A DNA stretch of 25,303 nt from a virus (taxonomy: Duplodnaviria > Caudoviricetes): positions 1 to 25,303 of the IMG/VR virus record IMGVR_UViG_3300030372_003555. One strand, given 5' to 3'. The notes below the pieces were generated by a model. The model was not told the origin of the DNA. It searched no databases and was given only the letters and a program-made list of their open reading frames with translations. Every line of letters begins with the position of its first letter. The stretch's first letter is position 1. This document shows positions 1 through 8,624 of the stretch, one piece after another. The position numbers were made by a program, and so were the translations under genes.

Positions 1-1325
1 GCATCGGCTGTCATTACAAATTCGTTTTTAGATAATCTTGCTGGGACATCATCTTTTTTTTCATAAGCTCCAATTGGAACAAAGCCACCAGTAAATCTGT
101 AGTCTTTTTCCATACCACCTAGATCCATAATACCTCCTACATTTCTTTTAACTCTGCCACCTTTTTTAAGTCCTGCTATACCACCTTTTTTCATTTCAAG
201 TATTTCACCATATTTTTCTATTATAGTGTAGTATGCATCTCCTGGATCAAAGTTTTCATCATTAGCCATTGCAATAAATTCTTCATTAATTTGATTACCT
301 AATTCTGGATCTATGTCGCTAGCTTTTCTTAATATTGCTATTGCGTGATTCATTAATCTGGTGCCTGCTCCTCTTTCAAAAGTTTCTTGTTCCGCAGCGT
401 CAATATTCATTTGATCAATTCTTTCATCACCGCCAGGCATTAAGTTTATATATTTTTCAGGAACCATAAAATCTTTTCCACCACCACCTTCTCTATTTAA
501 ATATAAATCTTGAAACCAATCAGGTTTCTCTGAAGTTTGTTGTCCTCGTTGTTGTTTGTTCCTCGTCATCTGTACACCAGGATTATAAACAATGTCTAGT
601 GGTCCCACTCCCATGTTATACCCAGGTCTTCCACCGTGTCTTAAACCAATAATACCACCTTGAGCTGCTTGTTGCGCAGCTGCCATAGCCATAATTTCTT
701 CATTAGGAACTTGCATTTCTTCTTCAGTCATAAAGTCTTCAGGACTTGAAGCCATCATTTTATTTTTATTTTTATTTTTAGCATTATAATAAAATCTTAA
801 GAAATCATCTATTTCCATTATAGGCATTCCAGGTCTTTGTTCTTCCATGTCGTACTTATAATTTTCGTATGCTTCTATTTCTTCTTGAGTATAATTACCT
901 GAAGCCATAGGACCAATCTGAACTCCTTCTTCTTTCATTAAATAGTCAGGAGTAATTACTTCTTCATCCATTTCCATTACGTCAATTTCTTGAGGTCCTG
1001 TTGCATATCTCTTTCTTTGTCTTGTAGGTAAATTCATTAAACCACCTTTAGCTGCAACCGCAGTAAAATCTGAAACATCAGCTTTAGTAGTTGGGACATT
1101 TTGTATTTCCATAGGCATAAGATTCAAGTCGACAGCCGCTTGTGCCTCTCTACCAGCTGCTTCAACATTGGCTAAATAATCTCTATAAGCTTGTTCTTCT
1201 ATTTCGTTTCTACGTTTTTGATCTTTGTAATCTATATATGCTTTGGCGCCACCAGCACCTATTTTAGCAAGTTCTAGGGCGTTTTCTTTTGCATAATCCC
1301 AAACATCTTCGTACCAAGCACCCAT
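1..1325 (-). CDS. Probable internal virion/ejection protein, truncated by the window edge (at least 441 aa; not in ORF track)
   Basis: ATG at 1325 after AAGGA RBS. Manual translation is open to position 1: MGAWYEDVWDYAKEN...KKDDVPARLSKNEFVMTAD. Acidic and Met-rich with repeated xxGG motifs; lies downstream of the tail nozzle gene, where podoviral ejection proteins usually sit. Confidence 0.75.
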   Translation of the reverse strand, partial: MGAWYEDVWDYAKENALELAKIGAGGAKAYIDYKDQKRRNEIEEQAYRDYLANVEAAGREAQAAVDLNLMPMEIQNVPTTKADVSDFTAVAAKGGLMNLPTRQRKRYATGPQEIDVMEMDEEVITPDYLMKEEGVQIGPMASGNYTQEEIEAYENYKYDMEEQRPGMPIMEIDDFLRFYYNAKNKNKNKMMASSPEDFMTEEEMQVPNEEIMAMAAAQQAAQGGIIGLRHGGRPGYNMGVGPLDIVYNPGVQMTRNKQQRGQQTSEKPDWFQDLYLNREGGGGKDFMVPEKYINLMPGGDERIDQMNIDAAEQETFERGAGTRLMNHAIAILRKASDIDPELGNQINEEFIAMANDENFDPGDAYYTIIEKYGEILEMKKGGIAGLKKGGRVKRNVGGIMDLGGMEKDYRFTGGFVPIGAYEKKDDVPARLSKNEFVMTAD

Positions 1326-1388
1326 AATTTCTAATTCCTTATTGTGTTATTATATATGAAAATCGCAGGGATTTCACCTGAGTTTATT

Positions 1389-1417
1389 AGTTTACTTGTT
1401 TTTTTGTTCATCGTCAA
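1389..1417 (-). promoter_or_regulatory. Sigma70-type promoter for the 1-1325 gene
   Basis: TTGACG (1417-1412), 17 nt spacer, TAAACT (1394-1389), in an intergenic gap. Confidence 0.65.
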
Positions 1418-1421
1418 TATC

Positions 1422-1670
1422 TTATACCTTACCGGTATCCGCTCCTAGTTTAAGAGCAGCTACTTTTATATGCACATCTCTTCGAATATGCTCTCTTTTA
1501 GTGTCTGTAGATGGGTTATCGACATCATCATCAGCTTCTTTGTCTGACATATATTCTGTACCTGTTTCAGTATTAGTTAATGTAATTTCTACTTCAGGGG
1601 TAATAACATGTACTTTTTTACCATCAATTTCTTTATATTCACTCTTTGCTTCTTGTTCTATAAATGGCAT
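1422..1670 (-). CDS. Hypothetical phage protein, 82 aa
   Basis: AGGAGG RBS; co-oriented with the operon. Confidence 0.8.
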   Translation of the reverse strand: MPFIEQEAKSEYKEIDGKKVHVITPEVEITLTNTETGTEYMSDKEADDDVDNPSTDTKREHIRRDVHIKVAALKLGADTGKV

Positions 1671-1677
1671 AATCCTC

Positions 1678-2016
1678 CTATGATCTGCTCGTTTGTAGCA
1701 CAGCGGCCGTCATTGTTATAGCATTAGCCTGACTCGCTTGCATTTGAATTTTATCACCCGCTTCTAATACTAACACATTGTTAAAGGTTAGTAAATCTAC
1801 ACTATTACTCGCATCTACTGTTATTTTTTGATACTCAAAAGTGGTGCTTGAAGAGGCATCATATACGGTAACCGTGACATCTAGATTACTTCCATGATTA
1901 TTATATAAATTAATGGTTTTTACAATAGAAGTTGTTTCATCAGGAACCAGATACATTTCCTGTGTTGGACTGGTACTGTCTAATAATTTTTGAATGTTTT
2001 TATATATGTTTGCCAT
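1678..2016 (-). CDS. Small beta-rich tail-associated protein, 112 aa; paralogue of 12997-13323
   Basis: TAATG coupling to the upstream gene; VLVLEAGDKI resembles IVLASGDVL of the 108 aa protein. Confidence 0.75.
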   Translation of the reverse strand: MANIYKNIQKLLDSTSPTQEMYLVPDETTSIVKTINLYNNHGSNLDVTVTVYDASSSTTFEYQKITVDASNSVDLLTFNNVLVLEAGDKIQMQASQANAITMTAAVLQTSRS

Positions 2017-2180
2017 TAGCTTAAAAAGAAATTAATCCTTTCTGCATCATCCTTTTCAGGTTGTTGATAGGTTGAATTAAGTTGTTCTATAACAGAACTA
2101 ATAGCTCTATTAATTTGTCTTTGGTTATCTTCTGTGTATTCTCTTCTAGGTTCTGGTAATCTTACTACTATTTTAGCCAT
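2016..2180 (-). CDS. Small hypothetical protein, 54 aa (not in ORF track)
   Basis: MAKIVVRLPEPRREYTEDNQRQINRAISSVIEQLNSTYQQPEKDDAERINFFLS; TAATG overlaps at both ends; fills the gap exactly. Confidence 0.85.
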   Translation of the reverse strand: MAKIVVRLPEPRREYTEDNQRQINRAISSVIEQLNSTYQQPEKDDAERINFFLS

Positions 2181-4432
2181 TATCTTCTCCCATCCGCTTG
2201 GACATCTACTTGAAAAGTACCGTATCTCCAGTCTTCCCCAGCGCTTTCATTTTCTATTTTAATACTTGCATATCTTCCTCTAGCTCGAGTATTAAATTGT
2301 GTAGAAGAAGGTAGGACACTAAAAGGACTTAAAGTACTATCTGTTGATGAAGAGGAAGGAAAATTTTTTAAACCCACAGTGACCTTAGCTGTTCCTGTTA
2401 ATGTTTTAAAATCAGGAATGAATCTTCTCATCGATAAAAAATATTCTCCCATACCTTTATCTGTTTGAATAGCAAAGTCATAAGATTGTAGAAATGATGT
2501 TAAGGCTGTAGTAGATCCATCAGGATTTAATTGATCTGTTCCTACCTCATGTTCAAAATAAACCGTTTGGCCAAGTCCTGTTTCACCAATAATACTTGGA
2601 AAAGTACCTGTTGCAGAACTATTAAATTGAGTTGCATAAGGTTTAGGATAAACAATTGAATCAATCCATGTACTTCTAATAGAATTAGTATTAGTTCCTG
2701 TATACCAAACTCCGGTTGGTAATTGAGTTCTTTCTCCATAATTAAATACTACATACCTATCATTATAGGTTGAGCCCGAAGAGGGGTAATACCAAACTAC
2801 TTCTGTAAATAAGTTACTGATACCTGCATACACTTGTTGACCTTTTGTAGTATCAAAGTCTCCGTAAACATAATCTTCTACTGAACAAGATAAGGAATTA
2901 ACGGTACCATCAAAAGAGAAGAAACCATTGTTTCCCATCCAGTAGGCAACCCCGTCTATTTCACAGCAAGCGTTTTGTCCAATTAACCCACAGTTAGTAC
3001 CCACTTGTTCAAAGCCAAAGACAAAGTTTCCGCCTACAAATTTCATAGAATAAAGTGCATTGTCGGTCCATACTAAAATATTTTCTTTTCCTTTAATGGC
3101 TCCCATAATTCTTGTGCCATCTTGAAGTCTTTGTGTACCTGCAGTATTGTCTGCTTGTGGAGCAAAAGTGTTAATAGCTTCTTGATTCGAGAACCTAATA
3201 AACAGATCATCTTGTGTAGAATCTGTTCCTATAGTTGTTTCAGTTCCCAAATGAATTAAGTGTCGAGTTGTAGGAGAAACTAAAGTTAATCTACTAGCTG
3301 TAGGATTTCCTTCAGTGCCACTAATTGCGGTTACATAACCACTTGTTAGAGTAGAAGCTCTATTGCTAAATCTAGCTGACCCACTAATTCCTGAATTCCA
3401 TGTAAAAGTTTTTCCATTGGCAATTGTTGCAACTAAAACTTCACCCCAGTTACTTAGAGACCAGAGACCTGGTTCTAGTGTAACGTCTGAAGCATTAACC
3501 GCATTTCCCCATTGAGTATAGTTTGTTGCATCATAAACTGTTGCACCATCACTATGAGCACTTCCAGTTGTACCAGAAACAGCTGTTCCATAAGCTCCTC
3601 TAGTAATTGTTGTCAAATCATTTGATGAAATACCGGTGTATTTAATTAACTCACTATCAACTAAAATACTTCCATTGGTTGAAGTAAATCCAGTAGTTGA
3701 GTCTAAAGTAATACTTGTTCCTGATCCACCTGTACCAGCTGTATCTGCAAGTAAAGCCCCATCTAAGGTATTCGTTTGAGCTCCAGTAATTGTTCCACCA
3801 TAATTACCAACCCCAAATCCATAACCATAAGTTTGAGCCGCTGGACCCACTGTCGCATAAGGTTGTACTTTCATACTTCCCCCTGTAGCGACTACAGCTG
3901 AAGCTTGGTTTAATGAATTAATAGTAAAAGTTACAGAACTTGGAACAGATAAAACTTGAAATTTTTTATCTTCAAAATCAGTTGCATTTAAACCCGTACC
4001 ACCAGGTAGAGTAACACTGTCTAAAACAATAATGTCTCCTACTTCTAAATCATGATTTGAGCCAGTTGTAATCGTACATTGTTTATTTGTAGTACTGTTT
4101 GTGGCTAATGTTGATCCAGTAAATTCAGTTTGAGCTCCAGCATTATTAGAACGCCAAGGAGTTATATCGTAAAGAGTTCCCTCAAAATATAGAAGTAAAA
4201 ATTTATCGGTACCAATGGCTACATATTTATTACCATCATTGTCTACAAATGCGTGTTGTCTTCTAGCAACACCTACTATGGTATCAGTTAATAAAGAAGA
4301 CCATCCTCCTACTTTTTCAGGAAGATTATATCTCCATCTAACATTATCTGAATCAACCCATCGATCCGTAGCTCCGACAGCAGTGTCCTGCTTATCGACA
4401 CCCGGTTGAAACTGCATTTCAAAGAGAGCCAT
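2180..4432 (-). CDS. Tail nozzle / tail tubular protein B-like (P22 gp10/T7 gp12 class), 750 aa
   Basis: Size, beta-propeller-like repeats (ILVWTDNALYSM, GVAYWMG, EVVWYYPS), C-terminal RARGR...IKIE...WRYG...DGRR, podoviral synteny. Confidence 0.7.
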   Translation of the reverse strand: MALFEMQFQPGVDKQDTAVGATDRWVDSDNVRWRYNLPEKVGGWSSLLTDTIVGVARRQHAFVDNDGNKYVAIGTDKFLLLYFEGTLYDITPWRSNNAGAQTEFTGSTLATNSTTNKQCTITTGSNHDLEVGDIIVLDSVTLPGGTGLNATDFEDKKFQVLSVPSSVTFTINSLNQASAVVATGGSMKVQPYATVGPAAQTYGYGFGVGNYGGTITGAQTNTLDGALLADTAGTGGSGTSITLDSTTGFTSTNGSILVDSELIKYTGISSNDLTTITRGAYGTAVSGTTGSAHSDGATVYDATNYTQWGNAVNASDVTLEPGLWSLSNWGEVLVATIANGKTFTWNSGISGSARFSNRASTLTSGYVTAISGTEGNPTASRLTLVSPTTRHLIHLGTETTIGTDSTQDDLFIRFSNQEAINTFAPQADNTAGTQRLQDGTRIMGAIKGKENILVWTDNALYSMKFVGGNFVFGFEQVGTNCGLIGQNACCEIDGVAYWMGNNGFFSFDGTVNSLSCSVEDYVYGDFDTTKGQQVYAGISNLFTEVVWYYPSSGSTYNDRYVVFNYGERTQLPTGVWYTGTNTNSIRSTWIDSIVYPKPYATQFNSSATGTFPSIIGETGLGQTVYFEHEVGTDQLNPDGSTTALTSFLQSYDFAIQTDKGMGEYFLSMRRFIPDFKTLTGTAKVTVGLKNFPSSSSTDSTLSPFSVLPSSTQFNTRARGRYASIKIENESAGEDWRYGTFQVDVQADGRR

Positions 4433-4443
4433 CTCGTTAGCTC

Positions 4444-5166
4444 CTATGAAGTATAATTAGTCTTGTATACCCACCCTCGAGTAGCGTCGACATAGACTAA
4501 TGTAAGGGATTGACCGTTATTGCTTAAGGTTAAATTGGAAGTTCCACCATTAATTTTTAAGCCGTTTCGGTCTACGGTTAAGTTGTTAGATTGAAAAGTA
4601 CCATATGAATCTATAATTGTTACTTCGTCTCCTGTAGAAGCAGCTGCAGGTAAAGCAATTGTAATAGTTGATGTAGTGGTATTTGCTAAAATCTGTGCAT
4701 CTGCAACAGCAGTGTAAGGACTATTAGAATTAGTAATACTTGCATATCCTTTTTCTAAAATAGTTACAACTGTTTCTGAGCCATTAGATTTACATAAAAC
4801 AGTAGCGCCTGGAGGAATAGGTTGTTCCGTTCCAGAAGCAGTTAAAACCCCTAAAGTTCTATTTGATGTTCCTCTAACAGTGTCATCTTTCATAATCCAA
4901 ACTCTTTCTGCAGTACCTGGCATAGTAACTGTTCTATTACCTGCTAAAGTACCATAAAGTCTAAAGTATATGTTTTTTCCTGTAGAAGTTGCTCCATCTG
5001 TTAAGACAAGAGTTGAACTACCTGAAGCTAGATCTACATCTAAAACTCCAGTTGAAGTTTGTTCTACAATTTGTAAATTTGTATTAGTTATAGTACCCCA
5101 TAAACCGGCTTTTTCACCAGTTGTTATGAGTTCTAATTGTGCGTTTGTTGAATAAGTTGATGCCAT
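4444..5166 (-). CDS. Tail fibre/adaptor-like structural protein, 240 aa
   Basis: Thr/Ser/Gly-rich; C-terminal domain (ITIALPA...GDEVTIID...LTLVYVDATRGW) shared with the three Gly-rich fibres. Confidence 0.7.
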   Translation of the reverse strand: MASTYSTNAQLELITTGEKAGLWGTITNTNLQIVEQTSTGVLDVDLASGSSTLVLTDGATSTGKNIYFRLYGTLAGNRTVTMPGTAERVWIMKDDTVRGTSNRTLGVLTASGTEQPIPPGATVLCKSNGSETVVTILEKGYASITNSNSPYTAVADAQILANTTTSTITIALPAAASTGDEVTIIDSYGTFQSNNLTVDRNGLKINGGTSNLTLSNNGQSLTLVYVDATRGWVYKTNYTS

Positions 5167-5170
5167 AATA

Positions 5171-5623
5171 TTATGTTCCTGGGTCTATTGGTGTCCAGAC
5201 CATAGTTGCGCCTGGAATAATTTCACTCCATGTTATTGCTTGTGCCGTACCTGTAGCAAGCGTTAAAGTACTTCCTGTAGGATCGACATTTGCGTCTCCA
5301 GTTAGTGTAACAGTTCCGCTTGAAATTACAAGAGAGTTCTTTACAGCTGTTATGGTAGCGCCGGCACTGACTGTAACAGTTCCTGTGCCTAAGACTAGTT
5401 CATTTTTGACTGCAGTAAGATTAGAGTCTCCAGTAAGAGTTAAACTTCCAAAACCTAAAGTAAGTGGGTTTGGAGTAGGTATCTCTGTAATGGAGTCTGC
5501 TGTAATACCTGGATTTCCAATACTAATTGTTAGTTCATTTTTAGTAACTGAAAGAGTTACACTATTCTCCGGTCCTGCCGAAGAAATGGGGTATTCTGCA
5601 AATGCGCCAAATCCTAATAACAT
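5171..5623 (-). CDS. Tail-associated structural protein with internal beta repeats, 150 aa
   Basis: Repeated (T/S)xVKNxLxxxxG units; AAGGA RBS. Confidence 0.7.
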   Translation of the reverse strand: MLLGFGAFAEYPISSAGPENSVTLSVTKNELTISIGNPGITADSITEIPTPNPLTLGFGSLTLTGDSNLTAVKNELVLGTGTVTVSAGATITAVKNSLVISSGTVTLTGDANVDPTGSTLTLATGTAQAITWSEIIPGATMVWTPIDPGT

Positions 5624-5641
5624 AAAATATAATCCTTAGAA

Positions 5642-5678
5642 GGAGACAGGGGGTATGTGGTGGATCCCTGCCTCCATC
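5642..5678 (-). ncRNA. Hairpin RNA with C-rich loop (5' leader or antisense-type element)
   Basis: GGAGGCAGGG/CCCUGUCUCC 10-bp stem; one G-U pair forms only on the minus strand; loop AUCCACCACAUACC. Confidence 0.6.
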
Positions 5679-5683
5679 AAAGA

Positions 5684-5692
5684 ATTATATCA
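5684..5692 (-). promoter_or_regulatory. Extended -10 promoter overlapping the TGA stop of the oxygenase gene
   Basis: TG-A-TATAAT is a perfect TGnTATAAT; predicted start about 5677-5678, just before the hairpin. Confidence 0.6.
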
Positions 5693-6346
5693 TCGTTTAA
5701 ACCAAGAAGGAAGACCTAAATGTGGACGTTTGTCGAACATATTATCCTTCGCTCCTGGTGTTTTACGATTGTTATAATGTAGAAAAACTTGAATACATTC
5801 TTTACCTTTAAATTTATCTCTCCAGTGTTCGAGCTCACAACCAGAATAGACCAGCATATCTCCTGGTTTTAAATCTACTCGAACGCCTTTAGTGTTCTCA
5901 GACACATATCCAACACCTTCTTTAACACCACCTTTTGAAGAGTCGGGCTCTAAATATATAGGCCAATCATCTCCTCCTAGATTCATAGTGGTTGAGATTT
6001 CACAACTAAATCTGTCTTTGTGTCTTTTTAAAATATCGCCTTTTTTATAAATCCTTGCATAAGTATAAGCTGGATATAACTTGAGTCCTGTTACCTTTTC
6101 CATTTCTGGTTGACATTTAAGTAATAATGTTTCCATCGCCATATTAGCGTATTGAGAATAAGTGTTAGGAATCTGTTCACCCTCAAGTTCATAGCTTCCT
6201 ATAATATTTTCATAAGGTGAAAGGTATCTTGCTTTTCTACAAGTATCATAAACTTGTTTTTGCATACTAAAATAGTTTGCAACAAAAGCTGCTAGATCTC
6301 TTGATATTGCTTGACGAATGATTGTATACTTTTTCTTTTTAAACAT
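5690..6346 (-). CDS. 2OG-Fe(II) oxygenase superfamily protein, 218 aa
   Basis: HKD (HxD) and distal LEHWR; LKPGDMLVY strand typical of the DSBH fold. Confidence 0.8.
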   Translation of the reverse strand: MFKKKKYTIIRQAISRDLAAFVANYFSMQKQVYDTCRKARYLSPYENIIGSYELEGEQIPNTYSQYANMAMETLLLKCQPEMEKVTGLKLYPAYTYARIYKKGDILKRHKDRFSCEISTTMNLGGDDWPIYLEPDSSKGGVKEGVGYVSENTKGVRVDLKPGDMLVYSGCELEHWRDKFKGKECIQVFLHYNNRKTPGAKDNMFDKRPHLGLPSWFKR

Positions 6347-6977
6347 CTTTAGCCATCTCCTTTAACACTGCGGTTATATTAAAATGAATAAATCTAAATG
6401 GAGCTTTGCCATAATCCAGAGAAAATTCGTGTTCTACATATCCTGGAAAAAATATAAGCATTCCGGGTTGTGGTTTAAAGTGAAGTAGTTCCGTTCCAGG
6501 CCATACACCTTTTAAGTCTGGTTTCATATGTAATTTAGTTGTTCGTGCCCCAGCTCGTGGGTCATAAAAAATAGGTACCGAAGTTTTTTCACTAGCTTTT
6601 AAAAAATAAAAACCATTAACATGAGTGTTCCAATGCACATGCCCTGGATGATAACCTCCGCCTTTTTTAGGAAATTCTTGGACCCACATTTGTTCAAAGA
6701 AAGTTTGATACTTACTCATATCAAATCCTGAGTGATCTAAAAACTCCCAACACTTTTGACCAACATAATTTCTAAAATCCATAAACTGAGTATCACTTAG
6801 TAATTGTGTTGAGTGCCAGGTTTTACCAAAATCACCATGTTCTTTAAGCCATGTTTTAGATTCTTTCATTTTTTTTATTTCTTTAATATAGGGATCGCAG
6901 GCTTTGTTTAAAGATTTAACAAAGTCAGGTTTTATTTCAGTCCATATAGGAGTTGCAAAAAAATTTTGTATATTCAT
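6339..6977 (-). CDS. 2OG-Fe(II) oxygenase (TIGR02466-like), 212 aa
   Basis: FATPIW N-terminus, HPGHVH, FYDPR, GMLIFFPGYVEH, RFIHFN. Confidence 0.8.
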   Translation of the reverse strand: MNIQNFFATPIWTEIKPDFVKSLNKACDPYIKEIKKMKESKTWLKEHGDFGKTWHSTQLLSDTQFMDFRNYVGQKCWEFLDHSGFDMSKYQTFFEQMWVQEFPKKGGGYHPGHVHWNTHVNGFYFLKASEKTSVPIFYDPRAGARTTKLHMKPDLKGVWPGTELLHFKPQPGMLIFFPGYVEHEFSLDYGKAPFRFIHFNITAVLKEMAKDV

Positions 6978-6978
6978 A

Positions 6979-7617
6979 TTATTTAAATGGATTTCCTAAA
7001 TGCCATACGACAAGTGAATATCTAGTTCCTCTCGTTACTGGTTTGACTCTATGCCATAGGTGTGAAGGAAATATTACGATAGAGCCTTTAGGTAATATTT
7101 CCGGTACTTGTCTTACATGTTTACTTTCATCTCTCATATTTGGATCATAGTTTCTAAAATCAAATTCTAATTCTCCACCTGTATATTCGGAGCCATCTGT
7201 TAATTGACAAGTCATAGATAGTTTTCTAACTTTTCCATGATCAGGGGCATTCTTATTTTTTCTATCATAAGGTTTATCCCAAGGATCATTATGCCAATCG
7301 TAATATTGATTAAGTTTATATTTTGTAAACTGACAAGACTCAGAAAAGTCCCATTGAAAATTCCACCCAGCATTTCTATTTGCACTATTAACAAAAGGAT
7401 GTAATTCTTTATATATCCATGTATCATTTAACCACACTAAATCAGATTTTCTTTTTCTTTGGAGGTTCTTAACATCTTCTTTATTTAATTTTTTATCACC
7501 ATAACCACCCGTTTTAGCCATTACTTCCTCTTTAGATAAAGCATATTTAATAACTTCATCACAAAATCTTGGGGTTAATGCAGATTTAAAATACCAAAAA
7601 TAATTATATAAATTCAT
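6979..7617 (-). CDS. 2OG-Fe(II) oxygenase, prolyl-4-hydroxylase/PKHD-like, 212 aa
   Basis: YDWHND, RKLS, Y.GGELEF, FPSHLWHRVKPVTRGTRYSLVVW. Confidence 0.88.
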   Translation of the reverse strand: MNLYNYFWYFKSALTPRFCDEVIKYALSKEEVMAKTGGYGDKKLNKEDVKNLQRKRKSDLVWLNDTWIYKELHPFVNSANRNAGWNFQWDFSESCQFTKYKLNQYYDWHNDPWDKPYDRKNKNAPDHGKVRKLSMTCQLTDGSEYTGGELEFDFRNYDPNMRDESKHVRQVPEILPKGSIVIFPSHLWHRVKPVTRGTRYSLVVWHLGNPFK

Positions 7618-8107
7618 GAGTTGTAGTTAAAATAAAATTTAAAGAATCTTTTTGATTGTTGGTGATGTAATACATCTGTGTAGAGGGAAACATTATAAAT
7701 TTATTGTTTTTTAACGAGATGTCCCAATTTCTTCCTGCTCTTCTGTTTTGATCATAATGTATTCTAACACTACAATCTTTAACATTTACTCCATAAAGAA
7801 AAGTATAATCCGGAGAATTTCTTAAATCTACCGGATCAATATTTAATAAAGGAATTGAAAGTTCTTTGGGTTTATAAGCATTTCCCCACGTTTCTTTGTT
7901 TACTAAAGTAAAACCGTGCTCTAAATTTATATGCTCTCGCACATATGTATTTAACATATCTAATGTTCTTGAAAATGGAAACTCTGAATTTTTAATTTGT
8001 GATGATAAAATATCTGATTGAAGTTTGTCTCGGTTTATTTCAAAACCTTTGGGCATATCTATTGTGCCATAATGTAAATCTATTTCAGATAATACTTTCT
8101 TGTGCAT
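7604..8107 (-). CDS. Degenerate 2OG-Fe(II) oxygenase-fold protein lacking iron ligands, 167 aa
   Basis: WGNAY, YTFLYGV and KFIMFPS pattern retained, but no HxD/HxH and no distal His. Confidence 0.6.
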   Translation of the reverse strand: MHKKVLSEIDLHYGTIDMPKGFEINRDKLQSDILSSQIKNSEFPFSRTLDMLNTYVREHINLEHGFTLVNKETWGNAYKPKELSIPLLNIDPVDLRNSPDYTFLYGVNVKDCSVRIHYDQNRRAGRNWDISLKNNKFIMFPSTQMYYITNNQKDSLNFILTTTHEFI

Positions 8108-8125
8108 ACCACATACCTGTTTAAT

Positions 8126-8575
8126 TTATGCTTTGAGGTCTGTCAAGTCCCAAGACTGTCCGGCTTCATTCCAATTATGAACCCACATATGAGTATTGGC
8201 TTCGTTTTGTGAAGTTTGTTCTGCAGTCAATGCAGGAGCATCACCAATAGGTGATTTCCAACTTGCAGTTGCAGTATCTTTTACCCAAGAAGAATAAGGT
8301 TTTTTAGCCCAAAAGATATTATTATCTTCGTCCCATTCAAAACCTATACCTGCGTAATTACCTCTTAAAGGTGTTCCGCCATTTTTGTGTTGGTTATTGT
8401 AGGTATTGTAGGATGTTTGAATCCACATTTGAGAAGGCCAATTATTATGTCTCTCTAAATATTGTTGTCCTACTGATTCATCTTCAACGCCATCAGCGTT
8501 CAGCATATCTTTATTATCTAAAGTTAATACTGATATAACTTTACTGTTAGCTCCTATTTTTGCAAAGTGTGCCAT
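8126..8575 (-). CDS. Fibre-associated protein (MAHFA-type; possible chaperone or tip protein), 149 aa
   Basis: AAGGAG RBS; WIQTSYN...RGNYAGIG...P(Y)SSW motifs; directly follows the Gly-rich fibres. Confidence 0.7.
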   Translation of the reverse strand: MAHFAKIGANSKVISVLTLDNKDMLNADGVEDESVGQQYLERHNNWPSQMWIQTSYNTYNNQHKNGGTPLRGNYAGIGFEWDEDNNIFWAKKPYSSWVKDTATASWKSPIGDAPALTAEQTSQNEANTHMWVHNWNEAGQSWDLTDLKA

Positions 8576-8624
8576 AATGTTTCTCCTTATATCTTAAAAT
8601 TAATTGTTAAACAATACATAAATA

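Noticed and set aside
758-780. (ttttta)n microrepeat; also the EEKKP duplication near 21600-21630
   Set aside because: Short in-frame low-complexity coding repeats with no sign of phase variation.
5642-5675. Hairpin as a simple terminator
   Set aside because: It has a 14-nt loop, only UUCU after the stem, and a promoter motif immediately upstream.
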